NCBI GenBank assembly: GCA_043228905.1
Contig: JBHGNT010000017.1
Location: forward strand, 3,720,001-3,784,000
Source of the DNA: Azolla caroliniana
Taxonomy: Eukaryota; Plantae; Polypodiophyta
Reading direction: 5' to 3'
Length of the DNA: 64,000 nucleotides
The translations under genes and the position numbers were made by a program. The notes below the pieces were generated by a model, which had not been told where the DNA came from, did no database searches, and saw only the letters and a list, made by a program, of their open reading frames with translations. Positions 22,983 to 36,800 of the stretch are shown here, in pieces; the stretch's first letter is position 1; the number at the start of each line of letters is the position of its first letter.

Positions 22983-25900
22983 ATGGCATCCACTTTGCCT
23001 AACTTGATGGCAAATAGCTCTGGAATGGGATATTTTCGGTATGTCTTTTCATCTCTTTTGTCAATCCATTTGATTTCGTTTTTTTAGCGAAGTTGCAGAT
23101 TGATGTTTTCGAACAGTCACAAGCTATATAATGATCAGAATTCATCTAAACCTTTATTTTCTGCCATTAGAGCTATCATTGTTGCTTGAATAAACACAGT
23201 CAACTGTCATCTTTAGGGTCTCCTTGTTCACATAACTGATTGGTTTCCTCTTACATGCAGCAGTGTACAAGATAATGAAAGAGGAAGACGATTCAATGCA
23301 TTAACTTCATCACTTTTAGGCTGCTGTTTGTCGAAAGTTCAATTGAGAAAGATACTGAGAGGGTATCATCAGAAGGAATTTCTCTATAGATCTTGGATGC
23401 TGAGCAGAAAAACGAAACAATCACAAGCTATAGTAGCATGGACTCCATTGGAAGGAGTCTCTTGCTATGGTGTTTCGAATAAAAGTTCAACCACAGACAT
23501 ATGTGATGAAACTAGAAAGGTGTTGGATTCATCCATTAATTCCACAGAAATTGTGCAAGCCGTACATGAAACTGCCAGAATGTTTCAAGTAGCGATAGAG
23601 AAACAGAAATCTCTAACAAAGGGACCATTATTCACTAAAGCCTGGTTGGGTATTGACCACAATGCCTGGATTAAATCGATATCTTATCAGGTCCTTTCCC
23701 TCCCTATCTAGGTTGGTTTTTTATGTGGTTTTACGTCTCATAATAGTGCACGTTGATGAAGGATTCTAGGTATTTGATCTCCATCCTCACATTGTTAGCG
23801 TTTAGTCAATAGGCTGCTGTCATTGCTCTGTTTAAGGCAACCTTGGATATTTCTGGAAGAACAGAAGGGAACAACCTAAGCACAAATTCTATCATGCAAC
23901 AAAGGTTTAACATATTGTTTGTGTGTATTCTTACACTGCCATTCAGTGCTTTGCATATAGTAAGTTTTTCTCACATCTAATATCAAAATTCAGCTTGTTG
24001 CACTTATCTGGTCCATTGGAGGAATCTATACAGCAACAGTTACTATCTAGAGACCCAGCTGCAGAGACATGGTTCTGGTACCAACAACAACCTGTTGCAG
24101 TTACAAAACTAGTGGGTGATCTGGAAAAGCATCTGCATTCTTCCTCGGCAATCATGTAGGCAACCTTTTTCATTTAGAGTATAGCAGTAGGAGATGCTAG
24201 ACAACAATTTTCTTGTGCAATAAATAGATGTCTGCGCTTACTGATAACAAATGTATTGTCCTTAACTTTTCAAGCAGAGACTCCCAAGATATATCCCAAC
24301 TGTCAACCAAGCATTTTGATGTGAAATTATTTACAATGGCTTTGACTATCTTTGCATCAATTATAAAGTTAGGGCCTGGAAAGCTATCAAATCACATTTT
24401 TACTGTATACTTGCTAGAAGAGACAAGCCAATTGATGGGAGCACTGTCAGAGTGCTTATCCATTGAACAAGTTTATCAATTTACCGAAACAGTTGGTCTA
24501 AGAACACAATTCCTAAAATACTTTGGTCCACGAGCAGCACAGAAAAGTATACCTGATTTTGATGAAAAGGAGAGAACATTTTGGATTGGAGTGGTTCAGA
24601 CATTACTTAAAGGTGCAATGACAAGAGAGGGAGTTCGTGCGAAGCTTCCTCCCCTGGAGGTTGTTTGCTTATGCTTCAGTTTATTAACATTCTGGTGTGA
24701 ATGCAATGCATACATATTCTTTTCATTTCATCTGGCTAAATGTTACTATATTTCCAGGTCCTTGAACAAGATCTTGCAGTGTTTGGATTTTTTGCTGCTC
24801 TAGGAAGGAGTGCTCGTTCTTTATTAGGTTCGAAAAGAATTCATTTGGATGATCCTACTCTTATTTTTTTCAGGTATTTTAAAAATGCATTCATACCCAT
24901 TTCTAACATTGACTGATGGGGGCATTATATTGTGTAATGACCATGCCATTTCTAGATCCATCTTGTTGTCATATTGCAGGATATTTTTCTGAAAACTAAA
25001 TGATTTGTAGGTATTTGGAGGGTGGTGCTGTTGCATTTTACCCACAATTAGCAACTTTGACGACATATCAACTTTTTGTGGAGGTTCTGTGAAAAATTCT
25101 GGGAAAGAAGAGAAAATTTAGTATTTTATTCAATTCAAGAGGTTCCAATGGAAGAATAACTTATGATGAAATGATGTCCCCTGTATTTTATTTCAGGTGG
25201 CTAGTGAGGAGTTAACATGGATTCCTTTCTTTGAAGAAACCATGGATAGTGTGAAGGATATGCATGATAATGAAGGAGAGACTCTAGCTGCTGTTTTGAC
25301 CATTTGTTCATGTTGGGTTGATGATTTCATGTTGTATAGTGACTGGATTATGCAGGATCAAAGCCCTGCAACAAGGACATTCTTGTCAAATGTGTAAGAA
25401 ACTTCATTTTATTCTTTCGTATCTTGCCATTTTCTGGTGCATGCAGATGATAAGAATTTTGATGTTGTTTTGTGTGGTATAAATGATATTGGATAGCAGT
25501 CGGTCGCATCTTTATGATTGTGTGGCAGCCATGAGTAGAAGATATCGACCAAGAAGTTTCAGTAGGTCGGTAATATGCATTTCTTATAATCAGAGCAATT
25601 CTTTAGAATTGATTATTTTCCTCGCTTGTTAGTTTTCAGTGCTATTAACGTTCTGCATTGGGTTGAGAATAATGCTGTAGTTTATGACGTGTTAATCTCT
25701 GTACAATTTAATATTGATGACATTTTGTTTAGTGCTAAAGGATGATGATGGCTAGAGCTGCAATGAAAGTGGAACAAACTCTCAGCTACTTACTGCACGA
25801 GGATTCAACATACAAAGGTATTGGAGAGAAGGCGAGAAGTTTCCTTCGATCTTGGGACTCTGGGGGAATAAAGGAGGATTTGAGTGTAATTGATGTGAAA

Positions 25901-28900
25901 GAGGATGTTGAGCCAAGCATATTGAAAGAGCAATTGGAAGCCTTTGACAAGGTAGGTATTTATTAATTAATGCCCCCTCCTTTTTCTCCCAATTGAACCA
26001 GTCATTGCGTTGAACTCTGAAGGCTAATTAGAAATTTAAATATTGAACCATATAAATATATCATCTGAAGCTTCACATATATTCTTACTTCAAGACAATT
26101 ATGAAGATGCATCACCATTAAAAATAAATTATGGTTCTTGTAGACAGTCCCATTTTCATATTGCTCGTCATTACATGCAACATACATTTAAGTACAATAT
26201 TTCCATAACTTTAGTTCAATGCTATGACTTTAGGCTGGTGGTTTGAAAAATCAATATAACATGGATCTAAATATCTATAGATATAACAGAGTATTCCATT
26301 GCTGGCCTACAGATAAAATGTCATCATTAATGTGGTCAACCCATACACCATTCATTTTTCATCTCATTATATCATCACACCAATGCCCCTGAGAATGGGG
26401 TCAATTGGGGGAGAGCCAATAATTGATCTTCACAACACATGAATCGTGCCTGCCTAGACTACGGCCCTGACACCCATCATTACCAAATCAAGGCCATCAT
26501 CCATTGACAATGGAGACACTTTCCTTTACATGGAGACCTCTCTCTCATTGCCAAATCACGGTTGTCATCCTCGATTACAGAGGTATTTTCCTCGATGGCA
26601 CTAAGCAGTTAATACCCTTCTGTTTAATTCTTGTAATCATCTTAGTATGGGCTTTAGTATGTACACTCTAGGTAGTTTCCTCATTTATTTCATTTCTTTC
26701 CGAATTAGACAGATTGGTCAATTGTGATCCCTTGTGTGTTGAAGGGTCTCATAGGTCACCGTGCTCTCTGAGATCTTAATAAATCTTCTGTTCTTTCTCC
26801 CACTTACATGTACTACTTTGTGAGTCCAGATAATTATGGTCTTATAAAGATATTTTAAGGAATGGGGTAGTGGAAACCGGAAAGCAGCAGTTCCAGTGAC
26901 ATTGAAGATCCACCACGAAGATCACAAATCTGGAACAAACCATCCTTGGTTCATGTTATAGGATGTAGGATTCTCTACCATATAATAATAGTCAATAGGC
27001 TGTTGGAAACGGCTGGATAAGACATGTCTATAGAAATATATATTGTATGCAAAAGCTAATCAGTTGAGGTCTGGCAAATGCTGATAAGAATAGAAAGAGA
27101 AGAAATTCAAATGTTGCTGCAAGGTCAGTTGACAGAAAAATACATTTTCAATGCAGTTTCGGAGAGCTGTTAGAACACTTCTTTTTTAAAAATTGGATGA
27201 AATGACATAGTAATTTGCTGTGGCAGTGACTAAATTCTTTCACCCTGGGAAAAGGAAAAGTTGGCTGTGCAAAAATTGACAAGACAGAAATAGGAAAATG
27301 CAGTAGCAGCATCTCCCTTTTAGTCAGGGCCAGAAACACGGTTTTGGTAACCGTCACTCTCTGTTTTGGTTTGTAATATGTAAAGTCTATGAAATCCATT
27401 TCGGATGGTCCTACCCGTAGAGGCTCCAGGATCCATATCTTACTTTAAGGAGTAATTTAGGAGAAACTTGGATATTTCATTGTTTACTTATGTAATACTG
27501 ATTATCTTATGTGAATCTATGTATACTAAGTAAAGGCATTTGTCAAATAGGATTTGAAGACTGTGGAGGAAGTGTTGTTCAAGTTAGAAGAGCTATTGAA
27601 GCAATCTAAGCTATCAAACTTCAGAAATGGGAGTGTGCATTTGACAGCTATACAGATAAGCCTTCAAAAATTGAAGCGCTTGAAAAGAGAAGCAGAGGCT
27701 TTGAAAGCAACTTTAAAGGATAAGACATGTGTCAGGGAACAGAGAATATTAAACCAGGTATAAGATTTCTTATAGCTCTTTCTGAGTAGATATGCATTGT
27801 CTGCAAATGTTTGCATTGTATCCTTTCATTTTCTCTTTTGTTATGATTGTTTTTTTACGATACTTTACACATAAACATACTCCTGCCTGTTGTTTTCTTC
27901 TTAAATTTGATTGAATTACATGTAAATTTTATGAGCAGATTTTAAAAGAGGATGTGGCTCAGACCAATTTTGTTAACAATGGGGATACAGAGGATGCTGA
28001 TGGAATGCTCCCAAAGCAAACACTAAGGTTCACTTTTTCTGCATATAAACTTGTTTTTCGTTGCAAATAAGCCCCACAACCTCCTTGGGTTCAGTAGAAT
28101 GTTTCTGTTATCTTAATCTGTTGCTCAAGTGAAGATGTTGTCCATGTCCGGTATGCCAGTTTGTTTAAATTTTAATCTGTAGTACGTCAAAATGTTGTCT
28201 TGTTATCTATGTTAGAAGAATGTCCGTTTGTTATGTTATGAAAGTTTTTCCATGATTGCATTTCGTGTAGGAAACCTTCAACCATAGAGAGAACCAAGAC
28301 TTTAGCTCAGGGCCTAACCAAAAAATTGGCCTCTGCAAAAGTGGCACCACGTGATGATATACCATTTGATGTAAGCTTGACCCTCGTAATTTCACATTGG
28401 ATTCTGTAATGATGTGGCATGGTGGTTTTCCACATCCAACGACAGGTTTATTCCTGCAGCTCAATAAGGCAAATAAATGCAGGTTGAAGCTACATATGAG
28501 GTTCCTGTTATGGCATCCCAGAGAGCTGCTGTATCAAAGGAATTTGCTAAGTTTGAGGATTTGCAACGCGAGTTGTTTGAGCTTGATCTTCGAATCCGTG
28601 CTTGTACTGAAGACAGACCTGAAGATACACCAGATGCAAACGTAATACCTCAAAACGTTTTCTAAATTCTCATCAAGCCTATGAAATTTTGTATACTTAC
28701 TTAATATGTGGGTAATGCTCTAGATTGAAATTACTTGTCAAGTTTTTTTTTTGTAAATGTCAGTTCAATGTTTAAATCTATGGTTCTGTATACTTCTGCC
28801 TGACTGTTTGTACTATGGCTTTTTTGGAAAAGATAATGGAGTAAGGTTGTATGTTGCATTCAACAGTTGAAATTCACAATGCTGAGAATATTGTTTCTTT

Positions 28901-30651
28901 TCATATTGTTGGTCCCGTTTTATGTGAAGGACTGCCAGCCTTACATATCCTGCTATCCTACCATTAGTACCCTTTACTTGAACTTACCCTAGACAATCCT
29001 TGGAATAATCGTACACATTTGTCCATCCCACAAGCATAGGATATAGACAACAACTATATGCATACCAAAAAACTGATGGTATGAGTCACATAGTCCAAGC
29101 CTACCCAAATTTGAATCCCATTGCAACAATTTGATTCCATCAGGTATATACAAGGACCCAACTTTGTGAAATTAAGAACTGTTGGAGCTCTATGCCAATC
29201 GGAGTACACTACTCCAACCTTCCTGACTTATATTGCTGTTTTAATTTTGGCTCTTCCAGCAACGAAAAGTGTTTATTCTTGGTTGGATTCCCTAGTTTAA
29301 AATTTATGTGAGATTCAGATTTAAAAAAATGAATTGTTGAAACAAAATATTAGAATGTTAAAACCTATGCTAGATATGAACTTTTACATACCTTTTCATG
29401 GTATACTTGTGTATTTCTATGTTATCCCGAAGACTTGTTTATATTTTAATTGCCCGTCATGAGTTGTCTCTGAAGGATTCCGTAATTTTATAAAGTTAAT
29501 TTGAAACTTTAGGACCTGTTGAAGATTCAACATTCTGTAGAGGTTCTCTCAAGTGCATGTTTTCCAATTCCTTGATTTTGCCTTGTTCGTGAGTAGGAGG
29601 ATTCTACAGCTCTCTCGCATACTGCTCAAACCAGCAAAGAGAGAGGCAAAGCATGGGAAATTTTGAGTAATTCAACGATCAAGTTAAAAAATGCGACTAT
29701 GGTGAGATTAATGTTACGATCTCCGTAGTCTCATATTGACAAATTGGAAAATTTTAAGGTTTATATTTTGATTTTGGTATTTTGCAGGATGTACTGAAAG
29801 GAACACAGCTTCTTGCCACAGATGTGACAGTTGCTGTTTCCCTACTCAAAAGTAGCATGTCAGGCCACAATTTGACAGAGAGAGAAAGGAAAGTCTTAAG
29901 GAGGACATGTACAGATTTGGCATCAGTTATACCTATCGGCATCCTCATGCTTCTTCCTGTGAGGAGTTCTCTCTCATTTATTAATAACGTCTGGAATTTT
30001 CTGTCAGATTAACTTCATTTTCAAGCGGATTCAATATTTGATAAACTCAATGTCATTTACTTTTCTAGGTGACAGCTGTTGGTCATGCTGCCATACTAGC
30101 TGCAATACAGAAATATGTTCCTGGTCTAGTAAGGATATAAGTTTTAAATTTTTTACTATGATGCATTAAGGTTTTTGCATTTTGGATGGTCCAAGGATTG
30201 CTTTAAAGTGGAACTATTATAATTTATCACATACTATGAGTATTAAAAATGCCAGATGAAATAAATCAACCAAATAGCATTAGTGATTTTAGTGGCTTTT
30301 GAGTGGATCTCTTTTTATAGACACACAGAAATAGACAAGATGGCAGTCATATTCCCGAGTTACTTATAATGCTCTAACTTGTTGTATATGCCTGCTGAAA
30401 TAGAATTTTAATTGGAATTTGTATTTTTAACATAATACTTGCAAGGAAATTGCCATAGTTTGTTTAATGCCAGTAAGAGATTGTACCACTTTTCACCCTT
30501 ACAATGCATATGATTATTGCAGATTCCATCTGCATATTCTACAGAACGGCTTGATTTGTTAAAGCAGTTGGAACAACTGAGAAAAATGGATGCACAGGTA
30601 CAAGAAACGAATCTCCTCCAATTGCAGAACAGAAGTGAAGTTTTGAAGTAG
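22983..30651 (+). CDS. LETM1-like domain protein (plant At3g11560/At5g06220 type), about 934 aa. Exons: 22983-23038, 23261-23690, 23813-23904, 23994-24155, 24278-24659, 24758-24873, 25011-25083, 25197-25393, 25500-25565, 25741-25951, 27551-27757, 27939-28027, 28271-28370, 28483-28641, 29597-29701, 29788-29958, 30069-30128, 30523-30651
   Basis: Motifs WLGIDHNAWIKSISYQ, LEQDLAVFGFFAALGRS, YPQLATLTTYQLFVEV and the C-terminal GTQLLATDV...LTERERKVLRRTCTDLASVIPIGILMLLPVTAVGHAAILAAIQKYVPGLIPS. All introns are GT-AG, and the exons sum to 2805 nt with an open frame. The start codon and exons 9-10 are least certain. Confidence 0.88.
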
Positions 30652-31336
30652 GATATACAGGTTTTTTGTTAACCAGCACAAGAGTAACTGATACTGCTGG
30701 TTTCCCTGGATCACAAGCTTAGAATAAGTTTGTATTTTTCATAATCTGCTCAAATAGCACAGACAAAGAGCCATGAACTTGGTCATAGAGCTCATACAAC
30801 TGAAAAACTTGGGAAAATCACTTCAATTCTTTTGTTGAATTGAATCAAGGTTGCTTGCATCGTATGCTTCAAATTGTTTTGCTGGATCATTACCCTAATA
30901 TGGCAGTTGTGTTATGGATAATTCCCTGTGACAATTACCTTCGATTTCTAGAAACAACTATTCATTGGAATTAATGGATTTAATTGTGTGACAGTAACAT
31001 AGTCTGTATCCAGAAGACCTTGGATTGCTATGCAAAGCTAAAATCTATTGCAATCCAAGCGAGATGACACTATATATTATTCTGTACCTATCTTTCTCAT
31101 ATATATCGATTCAAAAGGAAGATATTTAGAAAGTGTAGATTACTTCTGAACATGGTAGCATTCACATTCAGATTGAAAGGCCAATTGATGCCAATTTATT
31201 TTATCTCATCAGAAGTTTTCTTCGTTGAGTAGGTTATAGGTAAGATAACACATATATTTGGTTGTGAAGTTAATCACACCATAAAACTTTAGTCAGTACA
31301 TAAATGAAACGGGCCATCCATGCTGGTCTATTTCAT

Positions 31337-31466
31337 AGTCTTAATATTCTGTGTGACATGCATCATGTCATACATGTATAGCTAGGGAATATGTACTTTT
31401 TGTTGCAAGTCTTAATATCCTCTGCGACATGCATCATGTCATATATATGTGGCTAGGGAGAATGTA
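31337..31466. repeat. 71-bp-period direct duplication
   Basis: agtcttaatat...gacatgcatcatgtcata...gctaggga at 31337 and 31408. Confidence 0.8.
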
Positions 31467-33000
31467 AATGTTGTGGCAGCTTGTCTACTATACATGGCGC
31501 AGCGCTTGTCACCATAGAGTACAAGGATTTTATCTCAAGGCAATGGATCTTGGAAGAGCATGACTCATGCATGATTTACCCTATTTTCTACAATTGGGGG
31601 ATGGGAGTGTAAAGTTAAAAGTTAAACCTTACATTAATGGAGTACATCATGACACAGATGACTCCATCAACTTTTTGTGATCATCAAATCCATCCAAAAC
31701 ATGGATCATCACATTCTTAGGTTATGGAAAATGAATTTGCAAAAAAACAAATTTAACTAAGAAAAATTATAGGGAAAATCGCTAAATATCTAATCTAAAT
31801 TGGATGATTAGTGGGTAGTGAAAAATGAACTAAAAGGAGAATGGCACAAGTTAACTACACAAACATCGCATAGTCAAATATGAAAGTTGTTTGCAAATAG
31901 TACAACATTGTTTTCATTGTTTCAAACTTACCCATGATTTGTCATGTATCTGTGACTACATTATCACATTTATAATATAAACTACAATAGACACATGAAT
32001 GCCATGCTTTCACATTGTTCTTTAGCACGTAATGTTTTGCTTTCATTAACATCTCTCCTTTAACCCTCTGTGTTCTCATTTTCTCTCTCTAACTCATAAA
32101 TATCTTATCACTTCAACGTTTCTCTTTTCTTTCACATTGCAATAACTTAGCAATGAGTTAAAGTTGCACTAGATATTCTCAACAAAATCTTCTACTCGTT
32201 GATGTCACATTAACATTGTATGCTATATATTCAACCCGTCTATCTCTAATTCAAGGTTCAAGAGTAAAATCCGTGAAGTCCAACCACCATGGGCAAAGGT
32301 TCCATACATATCATCTTTGTGATCCCTCGGGACATGGGAGAGAATTAGAAAATTTTAGGATTATGATTTTAATCATAGACAAGGAGGCCAACGTGAAGAA
32401 ATGTATACATCTTGTAGTTGTAGTTAAAAATTCTCTATGAGAAAATAATGCATGCTCATATGAGCTCCACCTTCTAGGCGGTGTTTTGACTATGGCACCT
32501 AACTTACCATCCCCACTTGAACTTTATATATAGCAAAAATCACGTTATATATTGTGAATATGAGGAGTAAATGAGATCTGTCCTCCTCCACCAACACTTC
32601 GTTGCATACATGGCATATCTTCATACAACAATTCGATGAAGGAATTTGGTGTCAAAATGCTTACATGCAACAATGGAGATATGTTCCCGAAAGCATGCAC
32701 GGAAAACTATTCTTGTACTCATGGCGAGGGAAATTTCAATGAGAAATGGATAAAAGGCCATACGTACCACACTTCGAAGCGTGTAGTAAAAGTGCGTTTT
32801 GTAGGGTAGAGTTAGGCATGCATTAAGTGGATGGGGAGATCTTAGGTGAAAAAAGAAGCGGCTATGGAAAACTTTGTACATCACTTAGATGAAGTGACCA
32901 ATGTTGACACAAGTAAATAAATGATGGGAGGAAATGCCTTGTATCCACTCAAATATAGGAAATGTGGTAGATAGAGCCACCATGGGTGAATGTGTGTGTG

Positions 33001-33415
33001 AAGCAAAAAGCAAAAAGTAAAATCCAAAAAGCAAAAAGCAAATTGCAAGAGGGTGCCTTATACATACATACATACATACATACATGTATGTATGTATGTA
33101 TGTATATATATATACAAGGTACCCTGCCTTGCAATTTGCTTTTTGCTTTTCGGATGTGATATGTATACATACATATATATTGCCAGCATGGGGTGGTTGC
33201 AAAAGCAAAAAGCAAAACCCCAAAATCCCAAAAAGCATGTATGTATGTATGTATATATTATATATATATACAAGGCACCCTGCCTTGCAATTTGCTTTTT
33301 GCTTTTCGGATGTGATATGTATACATATGTACATATATATTGCCAGCATGGGGTGGTTGCAAAAGCAAAAAGCAAAACCCCAAAATCCCAAAAAGCAAAA
33401 AGCAAAAAGCAAATT
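33001..33415. repeat. Foldback (33023-33154) plus about 158-bp tandem duplication upstream of the ABCG gene
   Basis: aaaagcaaaaagcaaattgcaag-agggtgcctt-(atac)n mirrors (gtat)n-aaggtaccct-cttgcaatttgctttttgctttt. tgccagcatggggtggttgc recurs at 33181 and 33341. Confidence 0.9.
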
Positions 33416-33727
33416 ACGCATCATATGTCAATATATATACATATATATATATGCTTGGGAGATGAAGAGCATTTTGCCTGCATCAGGGAAGGGGGTGGGG
33501 TTCATGAATCACAATCAATGCCAACAGAAGCCCCAAAACTGGTTTGGTTGATGAATGACAGCGATTTGCAACATAAACGAACAAAAATGGGTGTCGCTAG
33601 TAGGCATTCAATGCAAAAGCAGAAGAAAGCAGAAGAAGAAATTGAATGCGATTTCGTATTTGGAATGGGACATAAATGACAGTAGGCAAATTGTATCAGT
33701 AGTTAAATTGGGCTTTGGATTGAGAGA

Positions 33728-33772
<45 letters not shown>

Positions 33773-33828
33773 TGTGTCTGTGAGAGAGAGATAGAGAACT
33801 AAAACTAAGGTGAAATTGGTCATACACC

Positions 33829-36800
33829 ATGGACAACACCTTGGGAGCTGATCCAAGCTTTACCAGGAAGAGTTTAAGCCCCTCTCTCAGGATGAGCCTG
33901 GAGAATGTGGCACCCTTGGATGATGGTTTATGCATGAATCCAGAAGCATTACACCATTCCACCTTGGAGATGAACCAGCCCCCATTGCCCCCACCTCCTG
34001 CGCCCAATCACGCACCGCCACCTGGCATGTCGGTCCGACCTGGTGGGTTGAGCCCGCTCAGCCACACGCTTTGGAAGAGTACGCTTCAGAAGGCGAGCCC
34101 CATCGTCGGAGACCTCTCGGCATGGCTCACATGGAAGGACCTCGACGTGTTTGCGATTAATGGCCGGGGCGAGAAACGGCCCATCCTGAGTGGGATCACT
34201 GGATATGCCGAGCCTGGCCATATGATGGCCATAATGGGGCCCTCTGGCTCTGGCAAGTCCATGTTGCTCGACACTCTCGCAGGTACACACACAAGTTCAT
34301 GCCCCTAGTACAGCTCCCTACAAAAATCTTGATATGTTTATGACAATCACATCATCCTTTCTTACACTTGTAATGCTAACAGATTCTGCTAGTGTGTGCA
34401 CATTACTTACTAACTTCATTGATGCAACAGTGATGAGGTTAAATAGTCTATTGGATATGTCGTTTCTTGACTCCATGTACATCTTTTCAAATACTTGGTT
34501 ACATCTACTGGAATTAGAATGTAGGCATGATATTGAACTCTCTTCTCTCATGTCTTACACCAGAATTCTTTCATGTACCTTCCCACGAATTAATTTTGTT
34601 AGCTTATGGGAGAAAGAATCTGGTATGGTGATGATTTAAAGCAAGTATCATGTGTACCACTCATCAATGTCTGACTCTTATGATGTGCACTCAATTCATA
34701 GTTATGCAAGCATATACATTTGCTTCTTAATTTCCAAGTACAGATCATACTTGATGCCCCTTATAATGGTTGTGGATGTTAATCAGGGCGTCTTGGAAAG
34801 AACACCATGATGACTGGTGAGGTTCTCATCAATGGACGACGGAGAAAACTTTCAACTAGCGCGATGGTAATGGTTTCAAGATCATGATTTTGTCATAAAT
34901 GTCAAAGTGGGGTCCATTGATTGAATATAAGAAGGGTGCATATGGATGAAAGTTCTAACATTGGGGGTGTAATGGGACTTCAGGCATATGTGACACAAGA
35001 AGACACATTAACGGGGACACTAACGGTGCGAGAGACCATTAGATACTCAGCGTATCTACGGCTGCCGACTGCAATGTTGAGAGAGGAAAAGGAAACTATT
35101 ATAGAGAGTGCGATCTTCGAGATGGGGTTGCAAGATTGTGCGGACACACCGGTGGGAAATTGGCACTTGCGAGGCCTGAGCGGTGGTGAGAAGCGTCGAG
35201 TGAGCATAGCACTTGAGATCCTGATGAGGCCTCGATTGCTCTTCCTCGACGAGCCCACGAGCGGGCTAGATAGGTAAATGAGATTTCAATCATATATGGT
35301 TTATGAGTTTTCCACCTAAAGTTAGTTGCACAATGACCATGTTTAGAAACCTTGCTTCCCCTCATATGTTTCCCCTTGCACTTGTAAATTGGAACATTTC
35401 ATGTATACTCCACATTTGCATACCCAGAAGCTCATAATGTTAAGCCCAAAACCTTTTGAAATACTGGTTCTGTCAAATGAATCACACTTCATGATGATGT
35501 AAGGGAATGGAATATATAGGAAATGTGAAACTTATACTCTTCTTCTTTTTCCTTTTATATATGCACATATGGTATAGTGCAGCTGCCTTCTTTGTAGTGA
35601 GAACATTGAGGAATTTGTCTCGTGATGGGAGGACTGTGCTCTTCTCCATCCACCAACCTAATAGTGAAGTCTTTGCTCTTTTCGACAACCTCTTTCTCCT
35701 CGCATCTGGGCAACCTGTTTACTTCGGAGAAGCTGCCCGAGCTCATGAGGTAAAAATCCCCTGACTCCAATATGCATGGAGCATCTTTCAGGTAGAGCTT
35801 AACAAAGAGAATTCTAATGTCAATGCCAATGTTGTCAAAACCTATGATTATAATTTTACGGAACAAATCAGAGCTCTCGAATGTTAGTGTGGATGATCTC
35901 AAACTAAAGTTATGAAGAGTTTTATGCTGCAGCAAACTGTTAATGTCAATGTCAACAATGTTGCCAAGCCATATTTTTGAGGAGCAAACTTGTTATATTA
36001 TAGTAACTGAGAATGCAACACAGAAAGCTCCATTTCTCTGCTCGACTAGAGCTCCACAATCTAACACAATCACAAGACTACATTAAACTTCATCACACCA
36101 ACGACATATGTATATTCATATATACACACACATTTGACTTTCCAAAATTTGAATGTGATAATCCATGAATGTTTAGTATACGCAATGCTGTGGGGATTCT
36201 GAATTCTAGTATAGCATGCAGAATGATGATGTTATATCAGAAAATGTGCTTTAGCCTTTAATGTCTTGTTTCCTTCTTTCAGTTCTTTGCAGATTCTGGC
36301 TTCCCTTGCCCTCCCCGGCGCAATCCATCAGATCACTTCCTCCGTTGCATTAATACAGATTTCGATAGAGCTAAAGCCACCATGAACGGATCCTTCAGGC
36401 TAAACGGCGGCGCGCGTAACATGATATACAAGGTAAGTTCTCTCTTTTCCAATGGCAATTTCTTTCGTTTGCCGAAGGGATGCATGCTTCAGGTAGGTCG
36501 TTGGTAAACATGTCCAATTGTTTTCTGTTGATTGATGATTCTATGGGCCAAAAATTGAGATGATTGTATAGTAGTCTTATTTGCACTTCTTTTAATCTAT
36601 TTCCAGGATAGTCCTCTTCTTGATCCATTGGACAGATGTACAGCCAGTCAAGCCATTGAAAAACTTACCTCTGCTTATTCAGTATCGGAATATGCACAAG
36701 AAACAGAGGCTAGAGTCCATGGGATCTCTCAAGTGGTATGTTTCGGCATCTATCTTTTGTTCGGACATATCGTAAAGCTCGTGCTTTCATGCATAGGGTA

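Noticed and set aside
26390-26808. LTR-like insert in the long LETM1-like intron (aataaa then ...cttaca)
   Set aside because: No matching TSD or definable 5' end found.
32885-33856. ORFs of 115-208 aa upstream of ABCG
   Set aside because: Low-complexity translations of GTAT/GCAAAAA/TG repeats.
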